NCBI GenBank assembly: GCA_051747585.1
Contig: JBNJGH010000110.1
Location: 1-10,626 of the forward strand
Length of the DNA: 10,626 nucleotides
Reading direction: 5' to 3'
Source of the DNA: Candidatus Rifleibacteriota bacterium
GTDB taxonomy: Bacteria > Muiribacteriota > Ozemobacteria > Ozemobacterales > Ozemobacteraceae
The notes below the pieces were generated by a model. That model worked only from the letters and a program-made list of their open reading frames with translations. It ran no database searches and was not told where the DNA came from. Position 1 is the stretch's first letter. Every line of letters starts with the position of its first letter. Shown one piece after another: positions 1 through 7,380 of this stretch. Made by a program: the position numbers and the translations under genes.

Positions 1-557
1 TCATCAAATCTCGAGCGCAAAAACAGCTTTTGAAATTCACGGTGCCAGTCGGGAAAAACCCCGAGCAACAGCTCAAAATAAGGCATCATGGTAAGATGGC
101 GCTCGTGGTCCGAGTTGTTTTTAACTTTTACTTTCCAGACTTCACAGGATTTGTTTAACGGCACAAACATTGTCCATTCAGAGCAGATTTCCTTAAATTC
201 AGTAATAAAAGTTGTATAGCCCATACCATGTTTGCAAAGATAACTATCGTATTTTGGTTTTAGCGGCTGAGGCGTCAGAGACCAGCAGTCTTGCGAATCT
301 TCATCGCGCATAAGCATGAATTTGCCGTCGCTGTCCTGAAGGACATCCTGGTTCCATCTGGTAACACGGTTAAGCATTGAATGATTAAGCCAGGAATAGC
401 CGCCGCCGGCCTGGGAAACCACAAAGCCCCACTGGCCGTTGGAAACCACATTCACCCAGGGTCTGGGAGTTTTCCAGTCATTGATGCAGTAAGTTGCGCC
501 GTTATCGGAAAAATAGCCGTATTTGCCTTTTAATGTATTCAAAATTTTATCTCCCAT
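1..557 (-). CDS. GH94-family glycoside phosphorylase, N-terminal part (truncated by the window edge); probable beta-1,2-oligoglucan-acting phosphorylase
   Basis: Not in the ORF track. I translated it by hand from ATG 557, and it stays open to the edge: MGDKILNTLKGKYGYFSDNGATYCINDWKTPRPWVNVVSNGQWGFVVSQAGGGYSWLNHSMLNRVTRWNQDVLQDSDGKF...CKHGMGYTTF...PDWHREF. The YGYF, TPxPWxN, GGGYS and HGxGYT motifs are typical of the GH94 N-terminal domain. It starts 8 nt after the permease stop, with AAAGGA upstream. Confidence 0.88.
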   Translation of the reverse strand, partial: MGDKILNTLKGKYGYFSDNGATYCINDWKTPRPWVNVVSNGQWGFVVSQAGGGYSWLNHSMLNRVTRWNQDVLQDSDGKFMLMRDEDSQDCWSLTPQPLKPKYDSYLCKHGMGYTTFITEFKEICSEWTMFVPLNKSCEVWKVKVKNNSDHERHLTMMPYFELLLGVFPDWHREFQKLFLRSRFD

Positions 558-565
558 TTCTTTTT

Positions 566-1402
566 CTATCCTTTGACGCCGCCTGCGGCGATTCCTTTTA
601 TATAATGCTTTTGTGCGACCAGGAAAACCAGAATAACCGGAATAACTACCAGCACCGACCCAGACATAAGCAGGCCCCAATCTGTATTGAACTGGCCGTT
701 AAGATTAGCCAGAGCGACCGGCAAAGTCTGCATGTCTTCACGCAACATAATGATGAGCGGCCAGAAAAACTCATTCCAGGCGCCGATGAAGCTGAAAATT
801 GCCAGAGTTGCGAGAATCGGTCGACAGAGGGGCAACATGATTCCGTAAAATATTCTGAATTCGCTGCAGCCATCAATTCTAGCTGCTTCAAGTATTTCTT
901 CAGGCACAGCGTGCATGAACTGACGCAGCATGAAAATGCCAAACACACTGCCAATTCCGGGTAATATTAAACCGGTGAAGGTGTTGAGTAAACCCAGATT
1001 TTTGAGAATAAGAAAAACGGGCATCATTGTTACCTGGCCGGGAACCATCATGGTTAGTAAAAGCAGAGAAAAGATTTTTTCACGCCCGGGAAAGCTCAGT
1101 TTGGCAAAGGCATAAGCTGCCATAGCATTAAAAAATACCGAAAGAAACATCATTCCGATTGCAAAAACCAGACTGTTAAAGAAGCTTCGCCCCAGATTCG
1201 CCTGGTTCAGCAGCTTCTCGTAGTTTTCAAGCGTCGGGTTTTCGGGAATAAAGGTCGGTGTCTGGGTGAAAATTTCTGCCGGGCCCTTGAATGAGGTAGA
1301 CACCATCCAGATGAATGGGAAAAGGGTAATCACCAGTGAAGCGCAAAGAAAAGCAAAGAATGCCCAACGCTCCCATTTTGAGACTCTTGATACCATTTTC
1401 AT
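566..1402 (-). CDS. Carbohydrate ABC transporter permease (MalG/CUT1 type)
   Basis: 278 aa with about six hydrophobic segments, the PFIWMVSTSFK motif and the EAA loop VPEEILEAARIDG. A GGAGG RBS lies at 1409-1413, and the ATGA start overlaps the upstream stop. Confidence 0.95.
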   Translation of the reverse strand: MKMVSRVSKWERWAFFAFLCASLVITLFPFIWMVSTSFKGPAEIFTQTPTFIPENPTLENYEKLLNQANLGRSFFNSLVFAIGMMFLSVFFNAMAAYAFAKLSFPGREKIFSLLLLTMMVPGQVTMMPVFLILKNLGLLNTFTGLILPGIGSVFGIFMLRQFMHAVPEEILEAARIDGCSEFRIFYGIMLPLCRPILATLAIFSFIGAWNEFFWPLIIMLREDMQTLPVALANLNGQFNTDWGLLMSGSVLVVIPVILVFLVAQKHYIKGIAAGGVKG

Positions 1403-3654
1403 TTGCGGCCTCCTTCGAGAGCTTTCTTTATAAGGCTTTGAGCAATAGAAGAAAGCAAAATCAGTGCAAACAGCACATAGGCAATACTTGAAGCATAGCC
1501 CAGATTATAATATTTGAAACCATGATTATACATGTAAAGAACCACCGACATAGTCTGGTTCATCGGGCCGCCGCCGGTCATAATATACGGCTCTGCAAAG
1601 AACTGCAAAAAGCCTATGCTGGTCATTATCGCCACAAAAAAAGTAGTCTGGCGAAGCATCGGAAGCGTAATATGCCAGAATTGTCGAATCTGGTCTGCGC
1701 CATCTATTTCTGCCGATTCATAAAGCTCATCCGGAATGGATTGTAACGCCGCGATGAAGATAATCATGTTGTAGCCAAATCCTTTCCAGACAGACATTAC
1801 AATCAATGATGGCAGAGCCAGCCACTCGTTAGCCAGCCAATTTTGCCCCGACAGGCCAAGCATATTCAAGCCCAGATTCAGCAGGCCAAACTCCGGATTA
1901 TAAAGCCATCTCCAGATAACGGCTACGGCAACCATCGTGGTAATGCAAGGAATAAAAAAACCGACACGGAACAGAGCCTTGAATCTGATGAACTCACGGT
2001 TAAGAATTAAAGCAGTCAAAAGAGAACATGCCATGTTTAGCGGCACCCCGATCAGGGCGAAAATCAGGCTGTTTCTCAATGAAATCCAGAAAACCGGATC
2101 AGAAAGAAGTTGTCGATAGTTGTCTAAGCCAACCCATACAATATTATCCGCATCACTGATGCCATAGATGTTCCAGTTGGTGAAACTGGCGAAGAGCGAA
2201 CCTAAAATTGGCAGAAAAAGAAAGGTTGCCAGCAGAACCAGAACCGGCACCACAAAGACCAGAGCTTCAGGCTGAAATCTCCTGGCGCTGATTCGGTCAG
2301 ATTCTTTGGGGAACCATTTGAAAAATGCTACAAGAACCATTAACACCAGAACCGCAAGAATCAGGGCGCGGGTTGCAAGACTAAAAATGCCGCTATCTGC
2401 TTCAGGTTTTGTCAGAATAACAGCTACTTTTTCCGACATTTTCTTTGCACCTTCAGCCGGTGTTTTAACTCCATGCATTACCGGTTCCATGGTTTCTGAT
2501 AAAGCGTTTGCTACCTGTTCCCATTCAGGAATTGCAGCAGGTGGCACAGCTGCATCTAACTGACTTCTGAAAGCAGACAGATGCGGGTTATTAGCCAGAG
2601 AAGAGCTTTTCCAGGCTTCTTTTACCGCCGGCAGATTTTTCGAAAAATCATACCAGAGGGCCTGGTTTTCGGCAGTCGATAAAAATTCAATGAATTTCCA
2701 GGCCCAGTATTTGTTCTGACTGCTTTTGAACATGACCAGATTGCTGCCGCCAATAAACGAAGAACGATTTGCTCTACCCGGCATTTGTGCAGTTGCCCAT
2801 TTTCCGGCCATCTCCGGCTTGTTTGTCTCTAGAGTTGAAACCATCCAGGGGCCGGCAATAAACATCGGAAAGTAACCGCTTTCAAAAGATGTAATGAGAT
2901 CCATGTCTGCTCCGGCGGTGAGCGAAGCGAGATTTTCTGCAAAAAAGCTGCGCAAAAAACTCAAAGCCTCGATTGCCGGTTCAGGATTAAATAACTTTGC
3001 CGGATCGTTGTCGGGAAAAAGCATACCTCCGGCTTGCCAGAAGAACATCAAAAAAATCTGCCAGTCATTTGTCGGCAACAAAATGGCGTAACCGGGTTGT
3101 TTCTCCTGACGCTTATAAGCCATAATCGACTTCGAATAAGTTTTTAATTCTTTCCAGGTTTCTGGAAATTTTTTGTAGCCAAGTTCATCAAGAATATCTG
3201 AGCGATAAAAAAAGACCCTGGTATCGACATACCAGGGAAGACCAAAATATTTTTCGTCAAAATGTGTCGATACTAGTGAAGAGCTGAAAAAATCTTCAGT
3301 TTTTACCAGTTTTGAATCATGCAGAAAAGGATCGAGCGGTTCAAGTGCCTCCATGGCATGAAATTCCGCCATCCAGGTGGTTCCCATCTGGCAGACATCG
3401 GGTGCCATTCCACCGATTACTCCGGTTACAAGCTTCTCATGCGCTGCAGACCATGGAATGGACTGAGAAATGATTTTAACTTCAGGATGCAGTGCTTCAA
3501 ACCTGTCAGCCATGCTTCTGATAAGAAGTCCTTCGCTACCCATTGCCCAGACAGTAATCGTTGCCTGTTCACCAGAATAGAGGGGCGCAGTAGTTAAAAT
3601 AATCAGTAGAGTAAACAACAGTATTGTTTTTATAAAGTTTTTCATATTATTCAT
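1399..3654 (-). CDS. Fused extracellular sugar-binding protein and carbohydrate ABC permease (MalF type)
   Basis: The N-terminal signal peptide (MKNFIKTILLFTLLIILTTAPLYS) precedes an SBP family 1 domain (ITVWAMG, PWSAAHEKL, PDVCQMGTTWMAEF, LPWYVDTR, SSFIGGSNL). One linking TM helix follows, then the permease (WVGLDNY, EAA loop IPDELYESAEIDGA). The start is ambiguous among ATG 3663, 3654 and 3645. Confidence 0.92.
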   Translation of the reverse strand: MNNMKNFIKTILLFTLLIILTTAPLYSGEQATITVWAMGSEGLLIRSMADRFEALHPEVKIISQSIPWSAAHEKLVTGVIGGMAPDVCQMGTTWMAEFHAMEALEPLDPFLHDSKLVKTEDFFSSSLVSTHFDEKYFGLPWYVDTRVFFYRSDILDELGYKKFPETWKELKTYSKSIMAYKRQEKQPGYAILLPTNDWQIFLMFFWQAGGMLFPDNDPAKLFNPEPAIEALSFLRSFFAENLASLTAGADMDLITSFESGYFPMFIAGPWMVSTLETNKPEMAGKWATAQMPGRANRSSFIGGSNLVMFKSSQNKYWAWKFIEFLSTAENQALWYDFSKNLPAVKEAWKSSSLANNPHLSAFRSQLDAAVPPAAIPEWEQVANALSETMEPVMHGVKTPAEGAKKMSEKVAVILTKPEADSGIFSLATRALILAVLVLMVLVAFFKWFPKESDRISARRFQPEALVFVVPVLVLLATFLFLPILGSLFASFTNWNIYGISDADNIVWVGLDNYRQLLSDPVFWISLRNSLIFALIGVPLNMACSLLTALILNREFIRFKALFRVGFFIPCITTMVAVAVIWRWLYNPEFGLLNLGLNMLGLSGQNWLANEWLALPSLIVMSVWKGFGYNMIIFIAALQSIPDELYESAEIDGADQIRQFWHITLPMLRQTTFFVAIMTSIGFLQFFAEPYIMTGGGPMNQTMSVVLYMYNHGFKYYNLGYASSIAYVLFALILLSSIAQSLIKKALEGGRK

Positions 3655-5698
3655 GGGCTCCATCTGCGCCGACCTGTTTTATTTCGCCAAGCTGCATGGT
3701 TGGCAGGGTGATGAACCAGTTATACTTTACATCTGCGGTTTTGCTGCTGTTTATATCATGTGCTGCCACTGTTGCCGCAAATTCTTCGACTCCTTCAAGC
3801 TCAAATTCGCTTCGCGGAATTTCGATCATAGCCATGTAGCCACTGGTTGTTTTTTGGTATTTCCATTTGAGAGCATTGTTGAGCTTGCCACCATGCATAA
3901 ACTCTTTGCCCCTGAGTTGATTACCGGTAGCATCGGGTGAAAGAATAATCTGATAACTGTTGTTTCCCTGCCAGCAGAATGCCTCATTTCGGGTATTGAT
4001 ATAGATTTCAATGGAATCGTCAAGATACATGCTTTTATCCGGATTAGAAGAATGAAGATCAGAATCGCTAACCACGAATCTGAAAAAGATACTGTTATTG
4101 TTTTGAAGCATTCGCCAATTCAACTCATAATCCATGGTTTTCGGGGCCTTAACAATCATCTGAGCATAGTCTTTATCGAGAGTAAGAGATGGTGCATTCT
4201 GCCATCTGCTGTCTTTAAAACCGGCAGCAGAAATGGAAAAATCGTCTGCAACCTGATTGGCTTCATAAACAGGTCTCTGATGCGGCATATAGGCAGCAGT
4301 GCGATAAACAGTTGTGTCTGGAGGGGGGTAATCGGTAAAATGCGCGTCGCGAAAACCCGCTTTTTTCATGCCTTCAATTATGAAAGGAATTTTCATGAAA
4401 TGTTTCCAGACAAATCCGGAGCGGGCATTTTCGATCATGAGAATCATCGGACCCTGGTTGATAGCAAAGGCTTCATCAGCAACGTAATCTTTATCCATGT
4501 TAAAAGAATCGCTAAGACCAAAACGCCCGACCATTCCCGATTTAACCTTTTCACTGAAATCAGTGCCCTGATAATACTCTCGTAACGCTTTAAGAGAAAG
4601 CTCAGGGGTAAAGACAATTGAACAGGCAGCCGCTGCCGGGGCAACGGTTCCGTCAACGATTGCAGGATTTGGTGGAGCGCCATAGGCCTGATAACTATTG
4701 GGACCAATGCATGCAGTCAGGCCCCAACGATTCTCTGAAAAGGTTTTAAAGCTGGGCTTAAGATCGATGCAAAAGCTGCGGTTCGCAAGGGTAGCTTGCA
4801 CAGAGCTTTGGTAATAATCGGCATAATTGTCATGCCTGTTTCTAAGATCGAGCCAGACTTGCGGAAACTGGTGGGTAAAAAGCGGCGGATTAATCAGGTA
4901 TGTGTGTCCATCGTAATCACCCCAGGTGCGCCTGAAGTCCCATGAATTCGTGGGGACCGGATGAGTCGGAGAGCCAAGCGCGAGAATTCCGAGCAAAATG
5001 CCTTCTGAGTAATGGTTCCAGCTGGAAGGAATAAAACCTTCTTCAGGTGTCCATCCCATTGATAAAAACTGCTTATCATTGCGCATCCAGTTCCAGTCTA
5101 TTTTTTTGTATAAACTGGTGGCAATCTCAGTCACTTCTTCGTTTGCATAATATTCTGAGGCAAACAGTGCTCCTGCAATAAATAATGCGGTATCAATTGA
5201 GGATATTTCGCATTTCATAGCCCTTTTGCCGGTTTTCATATCGACAAAATGATAAAAAAAGCCATTTTTTTGTTGCATTTCATCTTTGAAAAATCTCAGA
5301 GCGGCAAGGGTCAGGCTCAGGGCTTTGTCTCTTGTTATCCAGCCTCTTTCAACACCAATTGGGTAAAGAGTCAAAGCAAAGCCAACCCCGGCGATTGTTG
5401 CTGGCGAGTAATTAAAATTAACCTCACTGGCGACAGATTTGCTGTTTATGGCTTTATCCATAACCAGACCATTCTCGGGGTTTACACAGTCAGTAAAATA
5501 TCTGAAAGCCTGCTTTTGCACCTTTTCAAGAAATGCGTCATCTTCCCGGGAAAAATTGAACGGTGCGGTTTCGCTGAAATCCTGGCACCCTGCTGGATCA
5601 GGGAGAGCAACTATAAGTGACATAAATAAAAAAAGCAGCACTACGACTGACACATTTGCCTTAGAGAGCAGGCAAAAGCCTGGCTGGGAAAAAATCAT
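3647..5698 (-). CDS. Secreted GH144-like (glucoamylase-family annotation) endo-beta-1,2-glucanase with C-terminal CBM9/DOMON-like sugar-binding domain
   Basis: Hydrophobic N-terminus, then the motifs GFFYHF, EISSIDTAL, WNHYSE, PPLFTHQF, WGLTA, DGTVAP, FGLSDSFN and NQGPMILMIEN. A Pro-rich linker (YPPPD) leads to a domain of about 200 aa containing DDSIEIYI and GYMAMIEIP. An AGGAG RBS lies at 5705-5709. Confidence 0.85.
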   Translation of the reverse strand: MIFSQPGFCLLSKANVSVVVLLFLFMSLIVALPDPAGCQDFSETAPFNFSREDDAFLEKVQKQAFRYFTDCVNPENGLVMDKAINSKSVASEVNFNYSPATIAGVGFALTLYPIGVERGWITRDKALSLTLAALRFFKDEMQQKNGFFYHFVDMKTGKRAMKCEISSIDTALFIAGALFASEYYANEEVTEIATSLYKKIDWNWMRNDKQFLSMGWTPEEGFIPSSWNHYSEGILLGILALGSPTHPVPTNSWDFRRTWGDYDGHTYLINPPLFTHQFPQVWLDLRNRHDNYADYYQSSVQATLANRSFCIDLKPSFKTFSENRWGLTACIGPNSYQAYGAPPNPAIVDGTVAPAAAACSIVFTPELSLKALREYYQGTDFSEKVKSGMVGRFGLSDSFNMDKDYVADEAFAINQGPMILMIENARSGFVWKHFMKIPFIIEGMKKAGFRDAHFTDYPPPDTTVYRTAAYMPHQRPVYEANQVADDFSISAAGFKDSRWQNAPSLTLDKDYAQMIVKAPKTMDYELNWRMLQNNNSIFFRFVVSDSDLHSSNPDKSMYLDDSIEIYINTRNEAFCWQGNNSYQIILSPDATGNQLRGKEFMHGGKLNNALKWKYQKTTSGYMAMIEIPRSEFELEGVEEFAATVAAHDINSSKTADVKYNWFITLPTMQLGEIKQVGADGAHE

Positions 5699-5882
5699 CC
5701 GCTTCTCCTAAATTAATTAATAAAACTTTTTGATCATCTCGAAATATTGATGGCGTATAGATGATATCACAAAGTTTGAAGGGTCATGCGGAAGAGTAAA
5801 GAAATGCGGACAAAACGACAAACAGACTGAATAAAGTTCGAATTTATATTTTTCTTGACATAACCAGATCGCAAAACCTGTT

Positions 5883-5905
5883 GCATCAATAACCTAAGAT
5901 TCCGG
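5883..5905 (+). repeat. Left copy of an imperfect direct repeat (GCATCAATAACCTAAGATTCCGG); probable remnant of a PIN-toxin 3' end
   Basis: 20/23 identical to 7262-7284. Read in frame it gives V-A-S-I-T-stop, against V-A-T-I-T-stop in the intact toxin. Confidence 0.7.
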
Positions 5906-5965
5906 CGACGCTTTAGAATAGAACTAAGATAAGTTTTTCTTAAATAATTTTTTAATATAAGTTAA

Positions 5966-6352
5966 TCAAAGTGCATTAATAACTTTTTCGAGTCTGCTGC
6001 TTATCTCTTTGGCAATATCAGCTAACCCTTCATTTTCGATGGCCTGCATTGATGCTACAGGATCGACAGCAGCAATTTCGGTGGTTGATTCAGATAATTG
6101 CTGGACAATAACGTTACATGGAAGCATGGTGCCGATCTTGTCTTCTGCCAGCAATGCTTTATGAGCATACGGAGGATTGCAGGCGCCTAATATGCGATAT
6201 TTTCTGAAATCCACGCCAAGCTTTTCTTTTAACTTTTCGTGAATATCGATTTCACTAAGAATGCCAAAGCCTTCTTTTTTTAGTTCCTCGGTTACTTTCT
6301 TTACAGCTTCCTCGAAAGAATAATTCGTTTTTTTGGCAAAATAATATTTCAT
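5966..6352 (-). CDS. DUF302 domain protein
   Basis: 128 aa with the characteristic GFGILSEID, YRILGACNP and GTMLPCNVIV motifs. An AAAGGAG RBS lies just upstream (6359-6365). Confidence 0.9.
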   Translation of the reverse strand: MKYYFAKKTNYSFEEAVKKVTEELKKEGFGILSEIDIHEKLKEKLGVDFRKYRILGACNPPYAHKALLAEDKIGTMLPCNVIVQQLSESTTEIAAVDPVASMQAIENEGLADIAKEISSRLEKVINAL

Positions 6353-6548
6353 GATCCGCTCCTTTATATTTGTTATTTCTTAAAAAAAGTAAGGTGCCGT
6401 ATCATCACACGGGCTTTTTATCTCTTTTATTAGGTTATTGAAAATCTGGGTAATATGCAAAAGGTTTTTCTTTGCAATTTTTTTATATATTTTTAACCAG
6501 TAGAGTCCTCGAAACAGCACAAAGAACTACAAACTCAATTTATGCATA

Positions 6549-6577
6549 TTGCATGCATTTATGTCAAATGTTATAAT
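6549..6577 (+). promoter_or_regulatory. Sigma70-type promoter of the toxin-antitoxin operon
   Basis: -35 TTGCAT (6549-6554), a 17-nt spacer, and an extended -10 TGn-TATAAT (6569-6577), 46 nt upstream of the antitoxin ATG. Confidence 0.7.
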
Positions 6578-6623
6578 ATTAATAAAGTGAGAGAATAACC
6601 AACTATGTGAAAGGCGCTTTGTT

Positions 6624-6875
6624 ATGACATCTTTACAAGTTAGAGATTTTCCGGAACATCTTTATCAAGAAATTGTCCAGTTGGCTGAAGCTGACAGAAG
6701 AAGCATTACTCAGGAAACCATAGTTTTATTGGAAAAGGCATTAAATATGGAAAAAGAAAATAAAAAATATCGCCAGCAACTCCTTAAAAAGATACAAGAA
6801 GAAACCAGTCATGAAAAACAAGTTAAAAAAATATTAGATCCTGTAAAGTTGGTCAGGGAAGATCGTGAAAGATGA
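6624..6875 (+). CDS. FitA/VapB-like ribbon-helix-helix antitoxin
   Basis: 83 aa with the RHH pattern MTSLQVRDFPEHLYQEIVQLAEADRRSITQE and the C-terminal LVREDRER typical of VapB antitoxins. It has an ATGA overlap with the PIN gene. Confidence 0.85.
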   Translation: MTSLQVRDFPEHLYQEIVQLAEADRRSITQETIVLLEKALNMEKENKKYRQQLLKKIQEETSHEKQVKKILDPVKLVREDRER

Positions 6876-7276
6876 GAATTACAATTGATGTTAGTGCCGC
6901 TGTTGAAGTAGTTATGGGAGGAAAACGCCAGAAAGAAGTTGTGAAAATATTAAATGATTCAGACTGGGTAATAGCTCCTTCGCTTTTTATTTATGAGGCT
7001 GCCAATGTAATGTGGAAATATCATAAATATCAGAATTACAGCAAAGAAGATATAATGAAAAAAATTGACTATCTTTATAAAATGGTAGATCAATTTATTG
7101 ATGCCAGAGACCTTTTTGAAGAGGCTTTACCTCTTTCATGCAAAATAAGTCATCCGACATATGACTCAATGTATTTAATTACAAGCAGGCGAAAAAATGC
7201 CACTTTAGTCACCCTGGACAAAAAACTGATAAAAATGGCAAAAAGCATTGATATCCAGGTCGCAACCATAACTTAA
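6872..7276 (+). CDS. vapC: PIN-domain (VapC-family) ribonuclease toxin
   Basis: 134 aa with the PIN acidic residues in ITIDVS, YEAANV, TYDSMY and LVTLDKKL. It lies directly downstream of the RHH antitoxin. Confidence 0.88.
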   Translation: MRITIDVSAAVEVVMGGKRQKEVVKILNDSDWVIAPSLFIYEAANVMWKYHKYQNYSKEDIMKKIDYLYKMVDQFIDARDLFEEALPLSCKISHPTYDSMYLITSRRKNATLVTLDKKLIKMAKSIDIQVATIT

Positions 7277-7284
7277 GATTCCGG
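7262..7284 (+). repeat. Right copy of the imperfect direct repeat (GCAACCATAACTTAAGATTCCGG), spanning the toxin stop codon
   Basis: 20/23 identical to 5883-5905, at an offset of 1379 nt. Confidence 0.7.
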
Positions 7285-7292
7285 GTTACTCT

Positions 7293-7380
7293 GGAATGTC
7301 TCATAAGCATAAGGTTGATTGCGGGCGCCTAATATGCGGTAATGCTTCGACCGGCTCAAAAAATATTTTTTTATATTTGT
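7293..7380 (-). pseudogene. Eroded DUF302 gene fragment
   Basis: 7301-7341 matches 6159-6199 at 34/41 nt without gaps and translates YRILGARNQPYAYE, against YRILGACNPPYAHK. 7370-7380 (TTTATATTTGT) is identical to 6363-6373, just upstream of the intact gene. Confidence 0.8.

Noticed and set aside
494..964. 156-aa plus-strand ORF and other short plus-strand ORFs over 930-5711
   Set aside because: They lie antisense to well-supported minus-strand genes and show no recognisable motifs, so they are shadow ORFs.
5585..5600. Lipoprotein lipobox in the glucanase (PAGC)
   Set aside because: Pro at -3 and the preceding PDP fit the lipobox consensus poorly. A cleavable signal or membrane anchor is equally plausible, and SignalP would be needed to decide.
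5855..5860. Perfect TTGACA -35 box on the plus strand
   Set aside because: No -10 box lies at 16-18 nt and no plus-strand gene follows closely. It falls within the toxin-remnant similarity.
6396..6419. GCCGT-N8-ACGGGC-TTTTTT terminator-like sequence
   Set aside because: The stem is only 4-5 bp, and no plus-strand gene ends upstream of it.
5883..7284. Direct repeats read as attL/attR, integron attC sites, IS target duplication or CRISPR repeats
   Set aside because: There are only two copies and no recombinase, transposase, cas gene or terminal inverted repeats. The repeat includes toxin coding sequence, which fits duplication better.
7278..7357. Hairpin ATTCCGGG-TTAC-TCTGGAAT and GCTTCGACCGGCTCA as REP-like elements or a terminator
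   Set aside because: There is no U-tract and no intact second copy, and the GGAATG arm also aligns with the DUF302 relic. The hairpin could still act as a weak terminator between the convergent genes.
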